A stretch of DNA of 64,000 bases from Laetmonice hystrix (taxonomy: Eukaryota). The DNA lies in NCBI GenBank assembly GCA_965235115.1, contig OZ249436.1:9798001-9862000 (forward strand), in the 5' to 3' direction. Within the stretch, counting starts at the first letter, position 1, and each line of letters begins with the position of its first letter. Under the pieces are notes generated by a model. The model was not told the origin of the DNA, made no database searches, and saw only the letters and a program-made list of their open reading frames with translations. Positions 52,310 through 64,000 of the stretch are shown here, one piece after another. The position numbers and the translations under genes are program-made.

Positions 52310-55300
52310 TTAACCAGTCGTCTAATACCCTGATTGGTATAGACTCAATTTGCTTATTACTTGTGCATCTTAAACAAATGCCACGATGAGCAAAGACTAT
52401 TCATGCTGTCGTATTTATTGGTTGTCGGTGTAAAGTTAATTTACCTCAAAAGATTAAAGTTTCCCTATAAATGAGACTGGGGGGGGGGGGGCATTAATCA
52501 AACACGACAGTGTGGTGCAACTCTGGAAAGTGGCTGCTCGAACGTTACCAGTAGGATTGGAGGACTAAATACACTTGCAGTAAATGCATCTTGTAACGGA
52601 GAGTTTTAGTTGTCTGTTATACACTGAGGCAAACAGCCTGTGCCCAGCAGTAAATATTGGGAGTGAAAATAACTTTTGGGCATATCTTTTCTATCATTTA
52701 ATGCAAATAAAGTGATAAAATAATTGACCCCTTTATAAGGAAATAGTTCCATTCAAGAGCCACGGCATCCACTATTCTATCGGTGTAAAGTCAATAACGT
52801 GGACACTATTATCTCTATCAATTTGTTTTAATTCTTACCCATCAATATCACGCTTGTTACAGAACCATGGATATCCAAAAAGTTTGTTATAACAAAGTTA
52901 CAACATACACATAACCCGACGCAGTACCAGCTATCGTAATTAGAATTCTACAAAAATCATCTGTCCCACTGTAGTTCACGTTCACGCTGTGCAGATGGAT
53001 AAAATCGATATACATGATAAAACAGATTAGAAGGGGTTAAAAGCCTTTGCCCTCGTTTGCTAAGTCTGCTAACAGCACCCTGGCTAGGCCAATTCCCACG
53101 TCCTGTCACTAATTGACCCTGACGGGCCCTCATTGTGTCATATGTACATAAGTCGATAACTCTGGTATAGTACGGTAATGTTTTTCATTGTTTCAGCCAT
53201 CATTTCATCCTTTCGTAGAACACCCTTTTCATTTTCCAGACAAATAGCCATTGGTCATTGTAAGTGAAACAGCGTAACAGTAGTAAGGTGACATGGACAT
53301 TATATGACACTTTATTATACATATACGGTATAATAATTTCATTACACGAATACATTCTCATTCACTTTTTCCCCACCTATCTGTCTCTAAACTTGGTCCA
53401 TAGTAGAAATCATAGCTAGCTGCAGGGTGGAATTACTAGGCCACCCAAAGGCCGGTGCACGATGAGATATCAACAGTTGCTCAACATATTTCACATTACA
53501 AAAAAAACAAAAACGTCTACACTTGTAGCAAATAGAATGCTGGTCGCCATTTCATATTCTAATTGGTCTGAGAATTCTCTACCAGTACAATTCTTATCAT
53601 TAGTTCCACGTAGTAGTCAGTGAAATTGGAAATGCCTAGTCTACGTTGACGCCTGATTGGTTCCAGAATGGGATGAAGTTTAAATACTAGAACACTTACA
53701 TCTTCCCAGTTCAAGGCTTGCTTGTTTTTACCTATAGCACGGCTGGTTCACGAAGTATATAATACGTTGTATTGTTTTACAGGCCCTTCTGAATCTCGTC
53801 TTGTGTGTTTCCACCCTTATATTATTGAAATGATATTTCACTGATTTTTTTTAACCAGGCACTACCAGCAGTGGTACTATAACCCGTTTGCTTGGTAAGA
53901 GGTAGATTCAGAAAATACTGAATAATTGAACTTCCTTAAGGAGAAACACTAGCACTGAATTGCAACTTATATTTTAAATATTTTTATAATCAACGTTAAC
54001 TAACGTGCTGTCTAACTAGCCAGAATGTCTGATGCCTTAATGTACATGTCTTCACACCCCATCAAACACAAACTGCATTTTACAATTTTAGACTGAGGTA
54101 ACTTAACAGGTTCTCCCTTTTCATGACCACCTCTCATAAAACGAACAAAACGTACAATCTGAAGGGAAAGGGTGCTCCATAAAAACAGCACCAGATACAT
54201 ATGTACGTACTTCCGTTTGCTGCACTACATCGCAAGTCTTGCAACTGCTGCATATATATATCCAATGTCAGGTTACCTTCTAGGATCACAAGGAATTACA
54301 CACTTTCATAAAAACGCCTCACGTACAATATCAAACCCCTTCACTTAATCACTTACCTCATGTCGTACCTTTATTACTAAAAACCACAGCGTTGTCACCG
54401 ACTTCATCAAAATAAATAACTAAACAATTAAGCTAATTATACTTCTCAAACATTCACAGCCAGATAGGTTTATACCAGTAACGGCTTGAAATGTTTTCAA
54501 ATTTCAAGCTGGACAGAATTTTATTCTTCATTTGCTTCCCTGCAAGCGGGGAATTTAAGACGATATACCGGGAGATCTGAACAAGTATGCAGCGATCTCA
54601 TTAGTTCTGTTCTGCATACAATCACATCTGACGTTTGGCTTCATAATTACACTGGTTAACTTCGGACGAAGCACTGCCGTTTTAAGAAGTCTTCTTGGAT
54701 GGAGAGAGAAATACACAATTTTAAAAACGCTTGTGTCCGAGAGTTTTAAACGCCCTGGTATGCCATACATTGTCTTTTTCTCTTCATGAATATAAAGAGG
54801 AGGAATGAAGACCGATTGCATTTCTCTCAGTACACATCAGTATCAATATGACCAAATATTATCAATAAAGAACATAGTATGGATATTACGGAAGTTTTAA
54901 AGGATGTCGTACTTTGGCACATTTACAAGTAACCTGTAAATAAACACACGCACGAGATTTACAGGTTTATGTATAGAAGTATAGATGTGGATACTGATGG
55001 CCTGTTCCGTTACCTGAACCTTCATACGAGGTATCATGGAAAGCTTGCGCCCCCTGGTGGTTGCGTTCACAGGTAACATGTCGTACGTCTCACCTTAATC
55101 CCAACATGTAAACACGTGAACACAACCCTTCACCGTTACCTGTATATATATATAATGAAGCTTTCACATATGATGAGAATACGCTATTTATGCTGAATCG
55201 CAGTCATACAGTACTGTTTCACTGGGGAAAGATAAATCTCTTCACTTGTCTCGTTGACTTCACTTCAAGGAAGTCGTGATTGGGAATAATTATAATGGTG

Positions 55301-55792
55301 GACTGCTAGCCATTTTATTACATACATGTACTTTTATTACATACGGTACCTTTCGCTGAAATCACTCATATTCTTAAGATATCATTGCGTCATTTTCTGT
55401 ATATTCCACTTCATGCAACACAAAAAGTTTCTTTTCATTCAATGCTTTACCCTGGGATAACCATTTTACCAGCCGTGTACCTTTATCATGAGATAAACCA
55501 ACCTGGAAAGTATCAGAAAATGTCCGGGGCAAGTTATCTAATACAGTTTTTCTTGTCTTTCATTCGCTATACTACTGTTCTTTGGGTTCCCATGTGCTCA
55601 CGCTTTCTCACCTCTCGTAAACTGATAGACGCACTATGAAGCACCAACATGAGAAAAATATATACCTCAATCTGTTTACATACAGGCAGCATTTTCCTCT
55701 TCTAAGACGAATTCACAGCCCCCATTTAAAAGTCTATCAAGTGATTATTAATAACGATGGAGGCAGTGAATAGGTAAAGTTATGTATTATCT

Positions 55793-55896
55793 AATGTACG
55801 TATGTATGCATGTATGTATGTCGACCTTCAGACTGTACATGTCTGTCCTTCTGTACCTATGTATGGATGCATACATGCATGCATGCATATGTATGA
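55793..55896. repeat. Degenerate (TATG/CATG)n microsatellite
   Basis: Directly visible in the sequence. Confidence 0.75.
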
Positions 55897-56554
55897 TTGA
55901 CTAAAAGTAGGTATGAAATCATTTCTGTATTCTTTTCTGGTCCATCTCTTCCTGCTGACCAGCTCCAGTCAGGTTCTGTAAACTTACACTTTCAATTAAT
56001 TACCACATTTGTAACCTGCAGAATACTACAGTGAACCTTACATATAACTATAATCCCGAAATATACCTTTAAACACTACTCTACTCTCAACGACTCCGAA
56101 AAAGTGCTTTGATATCAAAGCACCAGGCTACGGTAGTGTAAAAAAGTTAGTAGATCATGATGCTAATTGGAAAAAAAACATTAAAAGGAGGCTGTCCTTA
56201 ACCCACCATATCCAGAACAGTCAAAACAGTCGAAAAAACGACAGTCTGTAAAATTATCGCCAAACATGTTATTATACGGACAGCATTTCTAAGGTAGATT
56301 AATAACACCAATTATGATCAGTGAACGGTATCAGAGAGGTTACTATTACAACATTCCCTTAGTTTAGTTACTTTAACATTAAAAGGATTCTAGACCTGCC
56401 ATAATCGTTTTGTGAAAAAAATATAATATTACAGATCTGAATTTTCATTTCCTGTCAGAATATTTATGTACCAAATGTTTTCTGAATTTCAAAGATAATG
56501 ATGCAGACTCTCTGAAGGAATCCCATAACATCTGCTGTTCCTACTCCACTCCAG

Positions 56555-56661
56555 GGGTACGTTTCACAACAATCGTAACCCTGTCGTGCGTAAAAATCTC
56601 CATTGAAAATACATTGGTGTTTACGATACAACAAACCAACAACAGGTTGTGAAACGCACTC
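56555..56661. mobile_element. 107-bp Harbinger-like MITE, copy 2
   Basis: CAG|GGGTACGTTTCAC...GTGAAACGCACTC|CAG; homologous to 16292-16398. Confidence 0.85.
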
Positions 56662-58353
56662 CAGGGTACTAGAAAAGAGTTGGGGGGGGGGGGGAGGAGG
56701 GGCGAGGAAGTGACTAATCGTGGGGCTCTAGGGTCTCGATCACTGTTTCTTACTATGCCGTAAATCAACAAATTATACTTTTCATTTTGCAAATCTGAGA
56801 TTTCTTTTGCAGTGACACTCTTTCTTTTTGCAGCTGCACTTGACAAAAGACTTCTTTGCTCATGAAATCCAATTTCTTTTGTTTTCTGTACATGTATCAA
56901 AAGCACAGTACCGGAACAGAACCAATAACTGCTATCTACCCTACTTCCGGTAATCAGGTAGTCAAAGGCTGACGAACTAATTGAAAATGCTGTATTAATC
57001 AAACAGTCAAAGTTCCTTCCACTTGCAGAATTTGATATCTGAACTGACACCTTCAAGATTACCGATTGCCTATGGAAATAACATGCCTACTTCACTACAG
57101 TACTTACAACAGCTTCTTTAGTTCCCATTTGTTTATCTCAATAAGAAAATGGAGAAATACTCCCTTGAGGTCGCAAGGTCCACACAGACGAATTTGTGTA
57201 CAGACCTAATATTCGACCTACGGGAACATGTTCATATCATGGTCCAACTTCACTTCAGTTTCTTCAGTTTTTTGCTCAGTACAGAAACATTATTACAGGC
57301 AGTGGTTAACTAAAATTAACATTCTCATATCGTTGACAGAACAACTAGATGCGTACATAGAACTATTCTGAAATACACTGGGGTTTCATCTGTTCTCAAC
57401 TGCTGGGGTACTGTGAATATCGAATGCTGCAAAGTCCAATTGCTAATCTCCGGGCACCCGTGTGACCAGCACACCAGGCTCAAGTTTTTATCACCACGGC
57501 TACAGAACAATGAAACAATCAGTTAAAGTAGCAGGACCTGCCGGTACATTAGTTTACGTCTGTGTACCTTTGGTCATACCGTAGTTTTACATCAGAGAGT
57601 CACACTTCACACAACAGTAGTGGTACCACGCCACGCAATATGCACACTTACTGGATACTAAAAATCATTTTTCAAGGGGAAGGGGCTCCTAAAATACTTT
57701 TCCTTTGGTATATTTTTCTATTCCAGACGCACGGAAGGGAATCAGAAAAATACAGATACAACGTGATACACAGGCCTGATAAGAATTCGTTGAAGTCTCA
57801 CTGTTTCAGGGGAGATTTGGCAACTATACTCTACGATAGTTTAGTTATAAGATTTCGTAGGATTTCAGATTTGTTCAACTAAGAACTTGAGCCTTCTTTG
57901 AGCTGTATCAGCTCGAACTAATTATGGTAGTGATGCTGAAGTAGGATTCAGGAAGGAGGATTCATAACTACCATACAGTTGTAGCAGTAAAAAGAATGGT
58001 GATAAGACTTTTTAGCTTTCAATAAAATTGTGCAACCTTTAGATGCATTGATTGTATTTCAAAGCCATGGCACGTCAGTCTGATGGTGACGACAAATATA
58101 AACATTTTGTTACCTTGATCAGAACATAGCACCTTTTGATTCTACACCACACATTACACAGGCATACATATGCTCAGTGTATATTTATGCCCATCTTGCA
58201 ATGCAATATAGAGAGCCTGTACCTACTTTTATATTCCTGGTAAGTTTAAGGTAACACTGATAATACCTTTCCTTAAACATTCACTTTGAAATGTTCAGGA
58301 ATATACATAGTATGAACAATCCTGGTCTGAATGGAGAAAAATTCACTGAGACT

Positions 58354-58414
58354 CAGAGACAATTTTGACATCACCATATCTGCAGAGACAATTTTCACAT
58401 CACCATATCTGCAG
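58354..58414. repeat. 29-bp tandem duplication
   Basis: CAGAGACAATTTT(G/C)ACATCACCATATCTG occurs twice. Confidence 0.85.
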
Positions 58415-59012
58415 GTCACACAGACAGCACTGCAGCAAGATTTAGGTTCGAGGCTGAAACCTTTAATGTAGCATAACCTGATCCACCTACCTATCCTTGT
58501 ATTCTGGTGACTTATCCTTGATGCAGCATTTTAGTACTGAGACCACTAGTCCATAATTTCATAATCTATTTTCAAAATCCTTAGAGTGCCATAGCAATGG
58601 GTTTTTGCCACCAGTAGAAAAAAGCCCAAAGGTTACAACACGATAGTTGTGCATTATTCTGGGCACTATGCATGAATTGTATATTTTCAATAAACCCCAG
58701 CACTAAGGCGTATTGAAACTGCTACATTTACTGGTGATAAGAAATATCCTGTTACATTGACAAAAATTACCACAGAATAGCAATAATCTACCAAATGTTC
58801 AAAGTCTTCATTTACCAATACCATCTGTGTCTTTGCAATTCACACAATGTAAAATGTTGTAGTGAAGGAGCTGAACAGCTACTTCTGCAGTCAGACTTTG
58901 GCCAAGACTGCAGCATGGTCAAGGTGACTCGAGCCCCTCTAGACGCCCACCTGAAGATTGTATTCTGTATGTGGCTATCCTGGTATTTCATGAAGCTGGG
59001 CTCTAGCAGGTG

Positions 59013-60585
59013 TCACATTCGAGATCCCTTTTGTTGAAGTACCTGTTATATATATGAAAAGACATTAATTGGTTTTGTGTCTAATGACAAAAATTACATG
59101 TACAGTATGATATATCTTAATCAAGACATTCCATGAAAGTTCTCCCGAAATTAAAAGATAGTGTGGACGTATCTCTGAAACTATAATTATAATTATATGT
59201 AATATGTTTAATATATATTATAATTATGTCACCAATTTCAGTTTTCCTCTCAGAATTAGACACTTCCTTCATTAATATTTTGCCAGCTTTGAGAGAAGAA
59301 TGAACAGAGTGTAACCTAGGGAGTTAGCTACTGGTATGTGAGGAACATCTAACTAGGCGGATATACATGTCGTGAAAGTACACACTAAAACAACTAATCT
59401 ATGCTTTTATGCTATTCAACTTATTGTGGTAAATCATCTGCTTGTGGTGTAAAATGTGCATTAAGCATGCATTATTTATACCTCTGGGTTCTTTGCCATC
59501 CAGATACCCGGTATAAGATGCAGAAAAAAGGGAAAGCTCAAACAATAATGGAATAAAATTAATATTTCTTTTATGCTGCTCATTTTTTTTTATTTGGAAC
59601 AATAAATGAGCGGATTTTCGGAACCCAACTGCTCTCTCCATCTATACTAACAACAAAATAAACGTATACAGCCTGATAAGAAACACTTGAATACAAAAAA
59701 TGATGCAAAACGGAAATGTTAGTAAAGAAGACTGAGACCATGGAGAAATGAGTGTTGCTGAAGAGAGTTGAATTAAGTTGCAGGACCACTTGCAGCAGGT
59801 AATCCCAATATTCTACTGGCACTTGCCTTGGCTTTATCTGTGGGTTCATTTTCTTGACCATTGACGACATTTGGGCACTCTTTGCTGACCACACACAAGA
59901 ACTCTGCCCGATCTTCACTGCCATAGTTGTACGATGACCCAATGTTGACCAACTGAAAAAAGGGACATATTCTGTTAAATGTTCTTGCCCCAAAAAGTAA
60001 AACTGGTTAAAAACTCTTGCCCCATCTTCATAACAGTGTCTGTAATGATAATGAAATATCTCAGTGTGACTTACTACTGTGAACATTCACACCTATAGGC
60101 ACACTGATTTGGGAATGCTTGGGCTATGACCAAGCTTTAAGTGTAACTGTTTTTTTTTCTCCAGGAAATATCGGAACCACAAAGCGGATGATTTATTCCC
60201 AAACCTGTTCAAACTTCCATCCATCAGACATCGTCGAGACCATCTGTGTTAACTCCTCCTCTGAACACTGCAGCACCCGGTAGACATTCTTTACATGTGT
60301 CTGAAAAAGAAGATAATTTCTGAATTCAGCATGTTCTACATCATCTTAAAACGTTTTTGGTAATCTTTTTCCAACACTAATAGTAATAGATCTACTCAGA
60401 ATTGAAACTTTAATTTTGCACGATTTTGATTCCCAAACTTTTTAAAAGCTTGAATCACCTGCAAGTGTCATTCATAAAAACATGATTACTTACCTGGTCC
60501 TGTTTCGCATTCCTTTCTTCTATTCTTTTCTTTACTAACTTTATCAATTCTGTTATATTGTAGAATTCTGCTTCTTCTAATACAC
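59013..60585 (-). CDS. KCTD5: BTB/POZ protein of the KCTD5/KCTD2/KCTD17 (insomniac) family; last four coding exons, 5' part outside the window
   Basis: Exons 60585-60494 ([19 protein letters not shown]...), 60300-60205 ([31 protein letters not shown]), 59952-59827 ([25 protein letters not shown]...KAK) and 59042-59013 (VLQQKGSRM*) are in frame. Confidence 0.95.
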
Positions 60586-63073
60586 CTGCAATGATATACA
60601 TTCATCAAACACATACACTAATTAAACTAATAGAGTCACCTGTCATATTAATTAATCAGGAACTTAATTAATGCACGTCTATGTTTCAACTGCTCCATAC
60701 CTCAGAGAAACCCCCACTATAGATAATATGCATTTTTGGCAATATTTTGGTACCATGTTATCAGATGTTATACCAAACGGCAAGAAAACCAAAGGACATG
60801 ACGGGGAGAGATGCCAATCTAACACTGTGACAGTTCTATGCAGGACACTGAGCAGATGGGATGCTGTCACCGTGCCAACAGTGAGCATGTAGACACACCA
60901 CCTGACTGCCAAGTACTGTCAACACACTGAGTGCAACACTTCTTAAAAGTCTGGGTCCACATGCTGGAGCCGGCGGCTTTGACCACTCATCTCATTTAAT
61001 ACCAAACAGAACATAATACATTGTATTGAGTTCCTACTCTGTTACCATGTCACAATCACCGATTGGTGCTGCATGGCTGCTGTTTGTGCTATCCCTTTAC
61101 ATTGATATCCATGCGACTTTTGGTGCGGAAATACTAACCAGTCCAGTCCAGTAAACTCAAGAGAGATAATATGGGTAAGAAGGAGTTAACTGAAGCAGGG
61201 GTATCCCTCTGGGGGTAAAAGCTGGTCGGTGTCCCCCTAAACATTATTCTCATTGATTAAGGAGGGAATTCGCCACTGTTGGTGCAACATTGCACCAGAC
61301 ATATTCCTAGAAGGCAGATAACCTGCACGAAGTGAGGCAAGGTTTGACTGCCAGTGTTTGCTTATGTTGGCACCCTGGCTCCCAATTAATCAATCAGGCA
61401 ACGTGACTCCTCATCTTCCAGACATCGGGTACTTCTGCTAAGCTCTCCAACTGCTTTGTGCTATCAGCCGGCACTACTGGCAGTTGCTTACAACTTCAGA
61501 TGAGCTGAAAAATCAATCTCCAGACAGACTGACGTTTTTAGCTTTTATTTTTTTATTCATCACTTAAATTGAAACACTTGAGAAAATATCATTTGCAATT
61601 CACCCAAAACAGTCTATATTTCTAGATGGGCCAACACTGAATGAACTTGAACCCCACAGTGGTCAGGTCTATAGATCGCACGAGGCCTTCATCAATATTA
61701 AATGCCCTGTCATTGTTGTCCCATCTCTGGCGGTTAATTCTGCCTTTGGGAAGATGTGCCAACGCTTAATTATGACCGCCTTATGTACTTGGTACCTTTA
61801 GGCGATCAAAGAAGAGCCAAACTAATGTCTATCCCTGTAACTACTGAACTGTATATTATCACCGTGGGCCACAAATAAAAGGATCAGCCCAAAAAATCCA
61901 TTTCGTTTTATGATGCTAGCTTTATTCAGATCCCAGCATGAACCATTCATGTCTAATTCATTCTATCACATGCATGACTGCATTCTCTCCGTGCCTTACT
62001 GGTCTCACCAGGGTGGAATGAGCTGCACGCGGTTACCGCGGTTACCGGTGCTGGGTGGGGGCACCAGGCAGTGGCTGCAGCCAGCTCCAATTTATCAAAC
62101 TATGTTCCCTTTCTTACCCTTGATTTAATAGCACGAGGTCGTGCATGGGCACGGTTAAAATTAGCTACAGTAGTCGCTACTATGAACTCATGGAGATTGT
62201 GGTTTGTGGCTTGCAGTACACAGAGCTTCACGATGAAACTACTGCCACACACACTGCCGTCATGAGGCAGTTACCGGTGTAACAGAAGAACATGATCAAA
62301 GGAAATATTAGTGCTCCTCATACAAATGCAATTAACTATACAGCTCAACTTTAACACAATCAAGTATCAGGATCTACAATACAAGATCTACAATTACCTA
62401 AAATAAAACTGCTGGACCTATAATAGCTGCCATAAAAAGGTTCTACAACAAGGGTAACGCTCAGCCTTCACGAGGGCTTCTGTTAGTGTGCATCTCTGAC
62501 ATTCTAGCAAAATTTATACCCAGAGAAAAAATCAGTAAAATTGTTAAATACAAACAAAATATTCTATTCTTATTCATACACAGCATTCCCCACCTGTCAG
62601 CGTCCTTGACCAGATCGATCATGGCCCAACTAACCGGGCTTCAAGTACCCTCTTGCAAAAATAAGGGATTAATATAGGGGAATTTTTTTTTTAAATGGTG
62701 ATGGTTGCTAGGCAAGCAAAAAGGTATCCCATTCCCAACTTGATATAATAAGTTGGAGCCTGATTGAATAGAAAAGATTTCAATTTCACGTTCTTTGTAT
62801 TTTTGAGATACAGTCCATGTGAGATCATCCATCATACATTAGTCACAAAGAAACTTATGTCTTCATCCATCATTTGGAGTAAGTGGTTTTCTTGAAGTGT
62901 TTTCGAGATATGAATTGTCGAAAATGTCCCGAATTGATTGAGTTACAAATGAGACTTAACCCTTTCTAGATTGTCCCCTTACGGCCAAGACGTGCACTAG
63001 TGATGCCGTAATAATGGAGTGCATACATGTGCCGTAAGGACGGGCCTTTCTGTGATAACGGATTGCCTCCCAT

Positions 63074-63444
63074 CAGGGTTCCCACAGAAATCTGATATTT
63101 GAACCAATTCCATGACTTTTCCATGATGAAATACCTATTTTCCATGACTAGTTGAAAGCATGATGAAGGTTGAAAGAGAATGATTGCGAGAAGACGCCAC
63201 ACAAACTGTAGCGCAAAAATATTAATAAATGCAGAACTGAAAACTGGAAGACTGCCATAGCCAGGGACAACAAATTACACGAGAATGTGATGGCACATGA
63301 TCATCGATTCCATGACTTTTCCATGACCTTTTCCTTTGCATTTCACCTTTCCATGACTTTTTGAAAAATTACACTTTTCCATGACTTTTCATGAGTGTTT
63401 TTTTTCCAGGATTTCCAGGATTTCCGGGACACGTGGGAACCCTG
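63074..63444. mobile_element. MITE with a 7-bp target duplication and TTCCATGACT subterminal repeats
   Basis: CTCCCAT|CAGGGTTCCCAC...GTGGGAACCCTG|CTCCCAT; a related degraded copy lies near 33146-33290. Confidence 0.88.
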
Positions 63445-64000
63445 CTCCCATGCTCCCAATCACTGTCATCCCCAGAAAAAATATCCATGTTTTAGACAAA
63501 AGTAGGGATTTGAGTCTAGAGTTGGTCTAGGTCTAGCGTAGCTAGCACTCAATGACGTTACGTCATGATGCTGCGATGTGGCTCTATACAAAATGGGCTT
63601 TGGCAAGGCATCACCCGTTTAATTTAATACAACTTCCTAACTTTAGTTTATAGAAAGTATATGTTACCTTGTTCACTTATATTTAAGCTGAACACAAAAA
63701 AAATTATCTTGCTTGTTGTGACAATGTCCCTCATATGCCTTCCCTTGTCACCGAGTTTGAAAGAAATCCTGACAATTATCGCTCCAGATGTCTTTATATC
63801 CAAGATGGCCACCAAGCAGCTCCATTTTGAATGATGTTTGACCTGTATCATCTTTAAAGTTAGACTGTCCCTAGTTATAATGTAATGTAATATTATGTTT
63901 CATACAAGATTACGTCGTTATTAACTGTTTTGAGGGTACAGGCTGTTACTCATGACCTTGATTAACCTTTCAAAGTTGCTCAAGGACATGGAAAATGGCG

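Noticed and set aside
56541..57056. 171-aa minus-strand ORF
   Set aside because: It runs through a MITE and a G-run, starts at a non-ATG codon and has no protein features.
59580..60086. 168-aa ORF overlapping a KCTD exon
   Set aside because: It is a different frame from the homology-supported exon and is mostly intronic.
60586..64000. Upstream BTB-domain exons of the KCTD gene
   Set aside because: The expected DRDP/LNYLRHGKL motifs were not found, so these exons probably lie beyond the window.

Overview
Intron-rich metazoan nuclear DNA, probably from a marine invertebrate (inferred from the gene set and repeat types). Almost all ORFs in the supplied track are spurious. Spliced gene models built by hand: (1) 5' part of an unidentified minus-strand gene with an N-terminal SAM domain and a G/M/Q/S/Y-rich region (exons at 36.4, 36.2, 17.9 and 10.6 kb; it continues off the left edge) that appears to have several alternative promoters; (2) complete PRPF31 (minus strand, 13 coding exons, about 488 aa, one GC-AG intron); (3) complete TAB1 pseudophosphatase (plus strand, 7 exons, about 554 aa), head-to-head with PRPF31; (4) 3' part of a KCTD5/2/17-family gene (minus strand, one GC-AG intron), convergent with TAB1. 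The left edge holds the 3' end of a probable LTR retrotransposon with non-canonical TA...TA termini and an unrecognised ORF tail. Introns and intergenic DNA carry many non-autonomous DNA transposons (Kolobok-, Harbinger-, hAT- and Tc1-like), SINE pieces, minisatellites, a CAG tract and a 524-bp near-perfect palindrome. I found no convincing wholly new system. The best leads are the promoter-dependent SAM domain, the atypical LTR element, and the uORF-containing PRPF31 leader.
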